Positions 1 to 12,974 are shown, counted from the stretch's first letter. The stretch: DNA of 64,000 nt from Octopus sinensis (GCF_006345805.1 NC_043000.1:157480001-157544000); one strand, 5' to 3'. Numbers and translations: made by a program. Notes: generated by a model not told the origin, from the letters alone.

Positions 1-39
1 TATATATATATATATATGTGTGTGTGTTTATATGTATGT

Positions 40-228
40 ATGTATTTGTGTGTCTGTGTTTGTCTGCTCATCATCGCTTGACAACCGATATTGGTGAGTT
101 TACGTCAGTGTTATCTAGCGGTTCGGGAAAAGAGACCGATAGAATAAGTACTAGGCTTACAAAGAATAAATCCTGGGGTTGATTTGTCCGATAAAAGGAT
201 AACCGCAGTCAAATGACTGAAACAAGTA
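40..228 (+). mobile_element. SINE family A, 3' half only (downstream of the internal TA/TG microsatellite)
   Basis: Matches the 3' half of the full copies at 903-1304, 45566-46022 and 55154-55575 (cttgacaaccgat...agagaccgatagaataagtactaggcttacaaagaata...gcagtcaaatgactgaaacaagtaa). Confidence 0.85.
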
Positions 229-232
229 ATAT

Positions 233-291
<59 letters not shown>

Positions 292-597
292 ATTGAGAAT
301 GATGACTATGGTGGAGGCGGGGTTCAATTTACATACTGTGCAAAGGATACCCTGTGATTAAGCCATAAGATTTTTTCATTCAGTAATTACAAAAATAGGG
401 CAAGATATGTCTAGTTTTAATGTTGATTAACGTCTTACAAGAAATTGGTTACTTACTTCTCCCAAGACATTAGCAAAGTGCTTTTATTAATTAAAACGTT
501 AATTTACGCTGGCAACGCTTGGCCGATCATGGAAATTAGACCGAATATTTTAATTCTGCCCGAATGGATTAATGGATTTTGGGATATATTCTGCAGA

Positions 598-832
598 GGC
601 GCAGGAGTCGCTGTTTGTATATGTTTGTGTGTCTGCGTTTGTCACCCCAACATCGCTTGACAACCGATGGTGGTGTGTTTGCGTCCCCGTAACTTAGCGG
701 TTTGGCAAAAGAGAGACCGATAGAATAAGTACTAGGCTTCAAAAGAATAAGTCCCGGGGTCGATTTGCTCGACTAAAAGGCGGTGCTCCTGCATGGCCGC
801 AGTCAAATGACTGAAACGAGTAAAAGAGTAGA
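598..832 (+). mobile_element. SINE family A, internally deleted copy
   Basis: The 5' 17 nt (ggcgcaggagtcgctgt) are joined directly to the post-microsatellite 3' half. Ends gactgaaacgagtaaaagagtagag. Confidence 0.85.
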
Positions 833-902
833 GTGTAAGTGAGGAACAATTGTGTTTTAATAAAACCAATATGACTCTGCCCCATCATATTTTTTTTTAC
901 AT

Positions 903-1098
903 GTTTCAGTCATTAGACTGCGGCCATGCTGGAGCACCGCCTTTAGTCGAGCAAATCGACCCCGGGACTTATTCTTTGTAAGCCCAGTACTTATTCTATC
1001 GGTCTCTTTTGCCGGACTGCTAAGTTACGGGGACGTAAACACGCCAGCATCGGTTGTCAAGCAATGCTAGCGGGACAAACACAGACACACAAACACAT

Positions 1099-1141
<43 letters not shown>

Positions 1142-1304
1142 CGACAGGCTTCTTTCAGTTTCCGTCTTCCAAATCCACTCACAAGGCATTGGTCGGCCCG
1201 GGGCTATAGCAGAAGACACTTGCCCAAGATGTCACGCAGTGGGACTGAACCCGGAACCATGTGGTTGGTAAACAAACTACTTACCACACAGCCACTCCTG
1301 CGCC
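903..1304 (-). mobile_element. SINE family A, full length (tRNA-derived head, internal microsatellite, LINE-like tail)
   Basis: Reverse complement begins ggcgcaggagtggctgtgtggtaag (A-box-like) and ggttccgggttcagtccc (B-box-like), contains (TA)n(TG)n, and ends ggcggtgctccagcatggccgcagtctaatgactgaaac. Confidence 0.92.
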
Positions 1305-1544
1305 TATATATGTACATACATACTGAAAAACCCATGTCGTGTGATCACTATGAGCGGAAGCCTTTAGATAACAAAAAGCTAACTGGTAGTATGTAATAGA
1401 TGTTGCAACAGTATGCTGACCGTGCAAGCCATCCACCAATTTTTGATGACAATAACTTCAAAAAAATATTGATTTCAAATCATAGCACAGGGACAGCAAT
1501 TTCGGTGGAGCAGCTAAGTCGATTATACCGATTTCGGTGCTCAA

Positions 1545-1680
1545 CCGGTGCTTATTTTATCGATCATGAAAGTATGAAAGAAGAAAAAAAATCATCTCTG
1601 GTGGAATTTGAACTCAGAACCCAAAGTCGGAAGATATGCCCGGTGCAGTAACGACTCTATCAGCTCTCCGACGTATAGCG
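1545..1680 (-). mobile_element. SINE family C, degraded fragment
   Basis: gtggaatttgaactcagaac and cttattttatcgat motifs are shared with the copies at 12975-13106 and 35545-35735. Confidence 0.55.
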
Positions 1681-1780
1681 TCAAAATATTATCCGTAGTA
1701 ATATTAAGTGCCTTCGACTAGGTATGCTTATGTATCAATATGTATGCATTCCGATACATATATACGTGCACACACACACA

Positions 1781-1812
<32 letters not shown>

Positions 1813-1911
1813 TTTAGCATTTGCTTGTTTCAGTCATCTGACTGCGGCCAATCGATTTCACTCTTCACATTTGTCTCTTTCCCTTCTGTATGTATTCCAT
1901 ATGTATAATCC

Positions 1912-1912
1912 A

Positions 1913-2007
<95 letters not shown>

Positions 2008-2008
2008 A

Positions 2009-2041
<33 letters not shown>

Positions 2042-2044
2042 CTA
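1912..2044. repeat. (CTAT)n tetranucleotide microsatellite
   Basis: Near-perfect ctat run. Similar runs at about 9015-9075, 30835-30905 and 37495-37640. Confidence 0.95.
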
Positions 2045-2369
2045 TCAAACAGCAAGTATTTAGATGTGTGAACAAGTTGTTTTAGAGAGCCGACATGTTT
2101 TATTTTAAATACTGCAACTAATTCGTCTGTAGTGCCATTATATGTTTTGATAGGTTTCTACGAATTGTTTGATTCCTTTCTCAAGCGAACACTCTGCTGA
2201 AATGTGTTTGACTTTCATTTCCTGTCCATTGTTAATTTAATCTTATATATTATATATTTGTGCGTGCGAATGTATGTGAGTGTGCATAAGTATGTATGCC
2301 CACCTACATACATACAAACATATATGTGTGTGTACAACTGCGTGTATGTATGTATATACATACATACAC

Positions 2370-2376
2370 GCTTATA

Positions 2377-2410
<34 letters not shown>

Positions 2411-2478
2411 GCATATTGCGAGAGAGGGAGGGAATTATAAAGAGAAAGTGAAAGCGAAAGAGATAGAAACAAAGAGTG

Positions 2479-2515
<37 letters not shown>

Positions 2516-2700
2516 GCACATATATGCTTACATATATATGTATATATATATGTATATATATTATATATATATATATTATATATATATATATGTATATATA
2601 TATATGCATATATAAGTATATATATATGCATATATATGTATATATATGTATATATACAGATACATACATACATGTACACGTTTATAATATACATTTTATA
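2370..2700. repeat. (TA)n/(GA)n compound microsatellite; one of dozens of TA/CA/TG-rich arrays in the window
   Basis: Direct reading. Comparable arrays at about 6425-6655, 22535-22995, 28935-29170, 34480-34745, 42400-42620, 44940-45205 and 60780-60955. Confidence 0.95.
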
Positions 2701-3188
2701 TACATTTTTTTTCTAAATTATCGACTGATTTTCATTTAATTTTCAGGATGTCCCTTCTTTCTTTTGTGTCTACAACAATTTGCACTGGCTAATTTATTAT
2801 CATTTGCGTGAAGAGAATATATACATGATACACAATTTCCGAATTACATTGCTGGACATCTGTGTAAGCTCATTGCTAATTTCATTTGTGTATTTGTACA
2901 TGATGTCGGCAATAGCTTTATTGGCAAGAGTACATTTCAATTGGTTTATTTTCTTCCTATTTACGTAGTTTGTAGTTCTTGTTGGGTTGCTTTTGTAATA
3001 TTTTAAGGAGGTCACCTGCGCTGGAGTGGTGCCGTTTCCTCCTGTAAAAAGTTGAGTTATTTCTCTTGGAAGAACACTTCAAATAGATTGAATATTTTGG
3101 AAACTGCTAACGACGCCATGCTCTTTCGTATATACAATCACAAGCACGCCCACATATATATGTATGTATATATGTACATGTATATATG

Positions 3189-3229
<41 letters not shown>

Positions 3230-4581
3230 GAGTGTGTATGTATGTGTGGGTGTGCGTGTGCACGCGTGTATATATATATATATATATATAAACATGCACA
3301 CATCTCCTTATTTATATCTATATATATCTATATTAGTCATCATTTATATTCTCATACATGTATATGAGCATGTGTGTGTGTATGTGTTTTTGGTATGTGT
3401 ATGTGTGCATCAGTGTTGTTATATATGTGTACATAAGAGTGCCGCATATGCGTGTCTCTGTAACACGTACTATGTCAGTTCGTTTTTAAGACACCACAAC
3501 GTTATATGAGAGAGACTTAGCTATTTTTCTATCAGATCAATCGACCATACAGATGCATTTTCTTTTATTTTCCTCCTGTATGCGTAGGCCTCTTTATGGA
3601 CTCTCTATATTTTTTATCAATTATAAGTACTTGAAAACTAAACTAAAACCCATCAGAAATCTAGTAAAATGCGTTTAAAACTATACATCTCTCAAATCAT
3701 CTTTACATAACGGTACAGGTAAATACTGTGTTATGGTGATGACGTATAATACGAAACATAATTAACATTTCCATTGTTTGTCTAGATAAGACTCAGTCTC
3801 TACTGAATCACCAGCATCCTATATTAGATAAATTTTAACTAGTATGAATAAAGTGTTTGCTTTCCCTGCACATTTTGACAATATTTGCGGTATTTCTTCC
3901 GATTCCCAGGGCCATTCGTTCAATTCCTGCCGAGATCAAATTTGCGTTTGATCTTTTGAGGTCGCTGAAAAAGTATAAGCCCAGGACGGTAGTTCGGGGG
4001 AATTGTTATAGCATTCTGAGGTCGATTCTCTCCCTGTCACTGAAAACTTGTCACACTTCTACCAGAAGTTGCGACCGATAGACAACATTAGCAACTTGAA
4101 AATCCAATGGAAAGCTTGCTTCCTCGGTTCGATCAGAATATCAAGTGCCACCACCATATTTCCATAGATGTAATTAGTTACTAACTATCAAATACTTTTT
4201 CTTTCTTTTCACATAGAAGTAATGACAAATTGTTGTCTTCAATTCTGACGCTGACATATGGTCGCTAAATAACAATATTCCTATTGGTGCTGCTTTGTAA
4301 GATATCAGAGCTGTGTTAATAAATAAATAGATTATGGAAATTCTTTCCACTCCTCCAATGTTTTAAGTGTGATTACATTGCTACACGTGTTTAGGCTTTT
4401 GATAATTTACTCAAGATTTGCCAAACCCTTTCGATGGCGCTAACAAAGTCTCTATTCAATGTACGTGCTTCTATTTGCATGCGTTTTACTTTCATTTTCT
4501 TTTCGGATAGTTGTTTTCAACAAACTTCATCTCACCTTTCAACACTACTAACAGACCCGTTTCCCACTCCTCTGTCTTTCG

Positions 4582-4618
<37 letters not shown>

Positions 4619-5760
4619 ATAATATTAAGGCGACAATGTCTTACGAAATACTAATTGCTATTTGTTGAGCATATAAGTCCATACAAAATAAAAAGACGGA
4701 GTATGAAAGAAGTCTTTATCTTTCGTAAATGATAATAAAGGAGAAAAGGGAACGAGATAAAGAGAAAGATACAGAGCGTTTGAAGTGTGGAGAATGGTAG
4801 CGAGATAGAGAGGTAGAGAGAGAATGGCAAATCGCTAGATAAATGAAGAGAGTGAACGAGAAGGATTGTTCTGCTTTGTATTCTTATATGTCTCAGACAG
4901 AAACACGATCAACATAAATAAGCACTTGAGTAGGAAGAAGACAACAAAAATCAAGTTATCTTAATCAGATTTATGAAGATTTATGAAGCTATGGCCTGAA
5001 TCTAAAAAGAATTTGTTGTATCTTATTTGTTATCTGTTATTTAAGAGGTGCTGAACCCAACAATTCTTTTCCTTGGAATTTTATATCGATGAAATCGAAA
5101 AATTCTTTCCTGGAAAATGTGTAATTATAGTTGGATACTAAGTTAAATGCTTGACCGATTGAATAATTAACGAGCAGATCATTAAAGTAAAGTTTTAAAG
5201 AATTAGGCTTTCCCTTCACAAGTTTTCGGGCATACTAACATAGTCATTTATGGAATCTCAATTACTCTAAGACATCATCCTGGGACCCTTGCTGTAGCCT
5301 TTCGATTTTATTTCAATGTTTTTGGATTGTGCATAGCCGAATGAATAGGGTACAAGGCAAAGAGCCGAAAACTTTCATGGTTCGCTTGCTGTTTCTAGCA
5401 CAGCAGTGTGCTAAACTTTCAATAGCGGATTCAAGCTAAATAGGTACCACGAGCGGTTTTCCTCCAAATCAGCACTGGTTCAGATAATCTATGATTAAAG
5501 ACATTCCAGCAATGTCTATCCTGTCTTTATTTTTCGTATATTGTATATTCTAGACTACATTTTCCATTATGCTCATTTACAACGGTTTGGGTGTGATTTG
5601 GCTGATATTTCTAGCATGCGGAGCAAACACATACAGTTTCAACTGATTTGATTAGTACTGTGGATTTATAAAACGATGTGATTGTGTGTACGTGCTTTTA
5701 GAGCTTTTTGTGCGCCTACTTAGGTTTATGAAATTGTGTGTGTTTTATATTGATTATATA

Positions 5761-6052
5761 GTGAAGGCTCGTGGCCTAGTGGTTAGGGCAATCGGCACAC
5801 TATCGTAAGGTCGTGAGTTCGATTCCCGACGGTGCGTTGTGTCCTTGAGCAAGACACTTTATTTCACGTTGCTCCAGTTCACTCAGCTGGCAAAAGCGAG
5901 TTGTCCCTGCAGCCTTGTCGCATTCTGTATCTCATTGAATCTATCCGAGAACTACATTAAGGGGTATTACAATAAGGAGTTCTGAGCAACTTGCACTTTA
6001 ATTTCACCGGATCAAGTGGATATCCCGTCGTCATAACCGACGGAGCGCCAGT
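5761..6052 (+). mobile_element. SINE family B (tRNA-like head, gttgtgtccttgagcaagacact core, cgtcgtcataaccgacggag tail)
   Basis: gtgaaggctcgtggcctagtggttagg A box and gagttcgattccc B box. The 3' end is shared with the copy at 12101-12489. Confidence 0.85.
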
Positions 6053-6269
6053 TTATATTGATTTCTGTGTGATGCGTCTGTGTGTTGTGGCATGTTTCCT
6101 TGTGTATGTTTGCAGTACGTGTGCGTATACATTGTACGGTGTATATTGTGTGGTGTGATTTAGATTTACTATGGTATTGAGTACTTTATTTTTGGACAGT
6201 TATTATTAAATGTATATATGTACAGACACATACACACGCACACACACACACACATACACATATATATAT

Positions 6270-6423
6270 ACGACAGACTTCTTTCAGTTTCTGACCACCA
6301 AATCCAATCACAAGGGTTTGATCGGCCCGATGCTATAGTAGAAGACTCTTGTCCGAGGTGGGACTGAACCCAGACCAATGTGGTTGGTAAGCAATCTACT
6401 TACCACACAGCCACTGCTGCGCC
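6270..6423 (-). mobile_element. SINE family A, 5' half only
   Basis: Reverse complement of ggcgcagcagtggctgtgtggtaag...gaaactgaaagaagtctgtcgta, ending at the internal microsatellite. Confidence 0.85.
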
Positions 6424-6433
6424 TGTATATATG

Positions 6434-6511
<78 letters not shown>

Positions 6512-6557
6512 TTACGTATATATGTATATATACATATATGTATATATATATATATAG

Positions 6558-6647
<90 letters not shown>

Positions 6648-6719
6648 ATATACACTCACTTAACCGTACAACCATTTGTACTTATGTGTTTCCATATGTA
6701 AGTGTGAAGTATAAATCGG

Positions 6720-7054
6720 TCGGTCGGGAGCCCCTTCTGACCATGGGATTGCACCTAGGAAGTTACCCTCCTAGTCACAAGTCTGGGCAAGGTGTTTTAT
6801 GGAAGACCACCAGTCGCCCATGCATACCGGCCTCCCCTCTCCACGCCACCAATGTTATCCAGGGGAAAAGCAAAGGGGCCGATACCGCTTGGCACCTGTG
6901 ACGTCGCAACTCATTTCTTTAGCTGAGTTAACTGGAGCAACGTGGAATAAAGTGTCTTGCTCAAGAACACAACACGGAACCCGGTCCGGGATTCGAGCTC
7001 ACATCCTCACGATCGTAAGCTCGAGGCTCTAACCACTGAGCCATGCGCCTTCAC
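6720..7054 (-). mobile_element. SINE, family B-related head with a different 3' body
   Basis: Reverse complement begins gtgaaggcgcatggctcagtggttagagcctcgagcttacgatcgtgaggatgtgagctcgaatccc, then gttcttgagcaagacactttattccacgttgctccag, as at 5761. Confidence 0.85.
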
Positions 7055-7176
7055 TATATAGATATTTGTTGAATGATTTTGTATCATTACAGCTCAAAAA
7101 TATATGTGTATATCTATGTGTCTGCCTGTCTTTCCTTCTGTCTCTCTGTCTGCCTGTCTGTTAGTCTATCTATCTG

Positions 7177-7220
<44 letters not shown>

Positions 7221-7912
7221 TATATATATATATATATACATACATATATATGTGTGTATCTCTCTCTTTCTCTGTATATATATATATGTATATATATGGA
7301 GATATATGTAAATACGTATTGCCATATGTATGTGTTTTGCGGTTGTAAGTGTTTATGCATGTAAGAAATGAATATAGGAGTAAGTGTAAATCTACATATG
7401 TAACTCTATATATCAGTGAATATGTATTGTTGCTGCGAGAATCGATGGTTCAAGTTCGTATTTCATCTAATCAGTAAATCTGCGTTCAGTCATGCATAAA
7501 AAAGCATATATGTGTCTATTCCGTAATATATATTAGTTTATATGCATAGTATGTGTCCACGTAGGTTGATGTTAATAGGGTATGTACATATACATATACT
7601 TATATTTTTACTTTTTTTTGCATATATATAAATATATATATGCATATGTACAATATGTATGTACAAATACTTATGTACATATTTGTATATATATATGTGT
7701 GTTCATTCACTTAGATGCATGTATGTATATGCGTCCATACACACGTATGTGCACACAATGAAGCATATATAGATATTTGTTAAATGATTTTGTATCATTA
7801 CAGTTCAAAAATGTATATGTATATCTACGTGACTACCTGTCTTGCTTTCTGTCTCTCTGTCTGCCTGCTTGTTAATCTATCTATCTTTATATATATATAT
7901 AATATATATATA

Positions 7913-7943
<31 letters not shown>

Positions 7944-7946
7944 ATA

Positions 7947-7982
<36 letters not shown>

Positions 7983-9017
7983 CATGGATATATGTGAGAA
8001 ACTGTAATAACAAGCAAGGTAGAGAAGTTGATTTACGTAGAATATTAAATATAAATTTGACGTTTGAAGTGTTGACAGGACTGAGTTTAAACGCCATCCT
8101 GTCAACACTTCAAATGTAAAATTATTCTCCAATGTAAAATTCTCCCCTGAAGACGGAGGTGGTGTTATCCGGTAATTGATCCAAGTAACTATCATTATTC
8201 CGGACCACGAAGCCCCCCAAATCAGCCGTTGGACTCGTAAAAATCTCCGCATTTAACTCTTGATATCTTTTATATTCTGTAAGGCGGACTATTTTATATC
8301 CATACACAGGTACATTTATTTTGTATTAAATGTATTTAGTATTCTGTCTAAATCGACTTGCTTAACTTGCTCATTACATTTACTCATCTACCGGCTCAAG
8401 TTCATATCTCTTGAGCTCTTCGAAATGTATTCTATATAGAGAACACCTGTCTGTAACCTTTAAACTACTCACACACACACATTTTTTAAAAAGATATTTA
8501 TGCGCATGTATCACATATATGTATTTTATATATTTATATATGCATATATTTATACACCAAACGCACGGATGCGAACGCATAAACCCGCACCACACAGACT
8601 CACGCACACACACACACAACAAACACACACATACACACACACGTATGTATATATATATATATATATATCTACAAACCCAATTTCCTCTAAATGAAACGCC
8701 TCTTGTGGTGTGAAGTGGAGTAGTAAATTTTGTTATTAATTGTAGTCTTTCAATCTATTAAAATTCAGACAAGATGGAGACTACAGAAATGTACGTATAA
8801 AAATTTAGTAAAAAAAAATATCATGAATAAAAATCCGAAAATATAGTCAACATAATCAACATGATATCAGCACCGACCAAATAGCAGCAGGAAAACTGAC
8901 CTCTTCAATATTCTATATGAGACACAAGAGAATTTCGGGTGAAGATCGGGGTTGAACTGTAACGTAATATATACACTAGTATTGGTAGATTATCAAATAT
9001 ATCGGTATGTCTGTCTG

Positions 9018-9078
<61 letters not shown>

Positions 9079-9126
9079 GAAGAGTAAAATGTTTACTTGG
9101 GGCCTTACTGTTGGGACATACTTGTC

Positions 9127-9158
<32 letters not shown>

Positions 9159-9264
9159 TGTATGTATGTATGTATATGTATGTACGTATGTATGTATTAT
9201 ATATATATGTATGTATGCATGTATGTATGTTTCTATCTGTGTACTTACCTAAGTATATATGCAT

Positions 9265-9299
<35 letters not shown>

Positions 9300-10499
9300 A
9301 ACGTAAATAGTCATATATACGAATATATCCACATATATTTTCAGTCACACACATACACACTCACACAAACACACATATACACACACACAACCTCACAACC
9401 GCACAAACACATACACACACGCATACACATACACACGCATATATATCTGTATGTTTATGCGTGTGAATGTATGAGTGTCTGTATGCATTTATATAGTTTG
9501 AGAGAAACATATACTTACACAGACGCATATGCGTATATTTCCATAGAGAGGGTGAGAGAGAAAGAAGAGAGAAAAACGAAGGATGAAAAAGCCAAAAAAA
9601 AAGAAATATTGAGTCAGTAGTGATAGCGATATATAATTAGATACACTGCAATACAGTACAAAACTAAGTAAAATACACCAAAGTCAAAATATAGAAGCAC
9701 AATAGGAAAAAAAAAACCTCTTACACTATTGATTATAAACTTTTGTATAGAATTACAGCACGCTTGTACTGTATATCTGACCGCGAATATATCATGTCGC
9801 CATTCGAGATCTCATCTGTATAAACTTTATCATAACTCAACACATGAACCTCCGTTTTATCGTTTCATTGAAGATCGTTTGAACTATGCCTACTCCAGCC
9901 TGTCAAGTTGGAAACGTGTCAAATGTTGTTGGAGACATTCAACCTCACTAGTAGAGAAATTGGAATTCTTGTTTATGAGTTTCAAACGTCTACATTTCGG
10001 ATCCAACCGACGGGAAGTAAGAAATGTAATTTGAAACGTAATATTTAGAAGCTGTTTTGGTTGTTTTTGTGGTTGTTGTTTTGCCCCAGGTTAGAACTTA
10101 TCAATCAGGCTTATAATCGAATGTTTTCCAACAGGGAGCAACATTCACCAATGCAATGTATTGTTGTTTTAAATAATAGAGTATGATTTAAGGAACTTTG
10201 GCTGCTATTTCTTGATGCTTATGTGATCATTTAATGACCCCCGTGTTTAACGACTTCTAGAGACTGGTTGCATCATTTTTTAAATGACTCACAGCAACCA
10301 AAAATCTAACAATCTAAATCATAACTTATATTTTGCACCTAAGAGAACTTAGGTGCAAAATATTGTTCTTTTTAGGCTAAATCCAATAAACTGATGCAAT
10401 ACGAAATATCCTGCTAATTTGGGAAATTTGATAAATTACTTTCATGAGGATCCCTCAAAACTAATATTTCGAAAGAGATCTGTAAGTCTTTAACAATAA

Positions 10500-10750
10500 A
10501 CAGCCGGTATTTTAACGGAAAACTAAGCGCGTATGGGGGGATAATGAAAATTACCTGGTCATAAGGGTATTGCAAAAGGCCTGGGTGGAGACCCAACCTT
10601 CCGAGTTCTTTTACAGGTCTTAGAAAAACTGAGAGATCGCTGCAATAAGTGTGTGAATCTGAGAGGGGAATATATTAGATAAAATCGTAATTAACTAATC
10701 TTTCTGTATTACCTTTTACTCATAGCCAGGAACTTTTCTGCACCTCCTTG
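10500..10750 (+). mobile_element. mariner transposase C-terminal relic with right terminal inverted repeat
   Basis: Translates WVETQPSEFFY...LEKLRDRCNKCVNLRGEYIR*, resembling the mariner C-terminal W/C-x-x-C-V-x-x-x-G-E-Y motif. Ends gccaggaacttttctgcacctccttg|TA. Confidence 0.75.
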
Positions 10751-11519
10751 TATATTAATTAAATTCTAGCCTGATTAGCTTTCTCACAACTCATTGTTTT
10801 ACCTGTCTAATTCTATACCAGAAGAAATATTTTTCGGGGACCAAATCAGGTCGAAACACCTTATTTGGCATCCACATACGTGAAGCGTTGTGTTTTTAAC
10901 ACATAAAACTCATTGAGAAGTTCCTCTGAGACAAAACATTACAGTTGGTGCAGTTGTGCGTTTGTATACACACTTTATGCAAATCTGTATACACACATCT
11001 ATACACATTTATATTTTTTAATATGAAAGAAATGGCCTGGAAAACAACGAAAAACCCCCCCAAAAAACTGTCCTGGAACTAAAAAAAACAAAAAAAACAA
11101 AAAACAAAACAAAACAAAACAAAAACAAAACGAACAGTAGAAGAAATGAGTTGGAAACAATGAAAAATGAACAATAAAAGAAATGGACTGGAAAAAACGA
11201 TAAACAAACAATAAAAGAAAGCTAAGTATCAGATCTTTATGAAGTTATTTTAGATATGACTTCCAGTTACTGTGACTGATAATAACCCATAATCTATTTT
11301 TTTAACTCCAGTAAATGGCAATTTTTATACGCCTAATACTTAAAATTCATAAAGAAAGATGTTCATCAATTTTCACGGTTATTACTAACAAAACTGAGGG
11401 AGATTTGTCCTTGGAACCGGAAGAAATAACTGTTGATAAGAAATACAGAATGAACTTGGGTTTTATCTGCACAAATCGGGATTCGAAATAAAACTCACAG
11501 AAGTGCACATTATTGTTAT

Positions 11520-11710
11520 TTAGCACTAGGCCTGCTCTGATCAAGCCGATCTATGGTCGGAAGTATTCCGGCCGTGACCATTCCTTACATTTTTCATGCG
11601 TTGTATATCTTGAATTATATTATCTAATGCAACGTTTCTTTAAACCAAAACGTAATTCATCTGAACTTTGGCTACTGTTTCTGGCTGATTGAGCAACCAC
11701 TGTTCTGTGA
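11520..11710 (+). repeat. old dispersed repeat (gctctgatcaagccgatctatggtc...tttggctgctatttctag family)
   Basis: Diverged relatives at about 5480-5630, 10085-10220, 53050-53215 (minus) and 54570-54600 share the terminal tttggctgctatttctag-like motif. Confidence 0.5.
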
Positions 11711-12100
11711 AGCCGGGAGTAATTTTGCTAGGTTAGAGCTTGAAATATAAGTCTCTGAATAAAGCGATAAAAATAAATTAACAAATTTCTTGCCAATGTT
11801 TCATACGGTCCATTGGAAATTCATCTAAAATTTAGTTACATACCATGGTTTCTAATGGACTGAATAGCTTCGATTGAGTCTATCCTGATATGTTATTTAG
11901 CGGTTTGTTCTCGAATACAGAACGATGAGTTTTCAAATTCGTATTTGGAGTAATGAAAGCACAGAAAAATGAGAAATTTGGACAACTATTCTAATGCGGA
12001 GGTTTGGATAACCATTCTAAGATAGTGACTAGTTCATAAGTAATCCAGCTTCTATTTTGACAACCGAATGCTCGGTGCGTCCACGTTTATATAGTGTAAA

Positions 12101-12489
12101 GTGGAGGTGCAATGGCCCAGTGGTTAGGGCAGCGGACTCGCGGTCATAGGATCGCGGTTTCGATTCCCAGACCGGGCGTTGTGAGTGTTTATTGAGCGAA
12201 AACACCTAAAAGTTCCACGAGGCTCCCGCAGGGGGTGGTGGTGATCCCTGCTGTACTCTTTCACCACAACTTTCTCTCACTCTTACTTCCTGTTTCTGTT
12301 GTACCTGTATTTCAAAGGGCCGGCCTTGTCACTCTCTGTGTCACGCTGAATATCCCCGAGAACTACGTTAAGGGTACACGTGTCTGTGGAGTGCTCAACC
12401 ACTTACACGTTAATTTCACGAGCAGGCTGTTCCGTTGATTCGGATCAACCGGAACCCTCGTCGTCGTAACCGACGGAGTGCTTCCATCC
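12101..12489 (+). mobile_element. SINE family B, full length, with 12-bp target-site duplication
   Basis: ATATAGTGTAAA at 12089-12100 and 12490-12501 flanks gtggaggtgcaatggcccagtggttagg...cgtcgtcgtaaccgacggagtgcttccatcc. Confidence 0.93.
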
Positions 12490-12974
12490 ATATAGTGTAA
12501 AAGAATTGCAGTGAACAAAAGATTACAGTAATTATAGGAAATTATATATATAGAGATAAGCTAATATAATAATGTATATTGTGAGTGTATTAAGATGACA
12601 ATTTTGACTCAATGTTAATGTTCGTGCTTAATGTTTGAAAAAGAAAAACTTATTACTTTTTAGCTTTTAGAAATGTAATAACAAGGTTGTTAAAGTTTAT
12701 TAAAAATATATACATTCAATCTTTCCTACATAACCTATCTGTTTTACAGCAATATTAAAAAGTAAAACAAACATTTACAGTCCACATGAAGAGGAATATA
12801 AGAGGGACAGTTGTAAATTTATAACAAGGAAAATTTGTGGACACGGAGGGAGATTAAAATTTGAACGTAATGAACATGAAATAAAATATATACCTTTTGT
12901 TTATGATAAGCGGTGACAATAACCAATATCTATTTCTGTACTGCTCACAGGGGGCGAAACATAGAGGGAACAAA

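Noticed and set aside
3860-4400. Non-repetitive stretch with protein-like fragments on both strands
   Set aside because: Stops occur in all long frames and no recognisable motif or splice pair was found.
11315-11491. 58-codon plus-strand ORF (MAIFIRLILK...NRDSK)
   Set aside because: Short, no motif and no supporting splice context; compatible with chance.
12101-12175. tRNA-like sequences at SINE heads (also 5761, 7054, 1304, 55154)
   Set aside because: They have A/B boxes but no complete cloverleaf or acceptor stem, and they continue into SINE bodies, one with a TSD.
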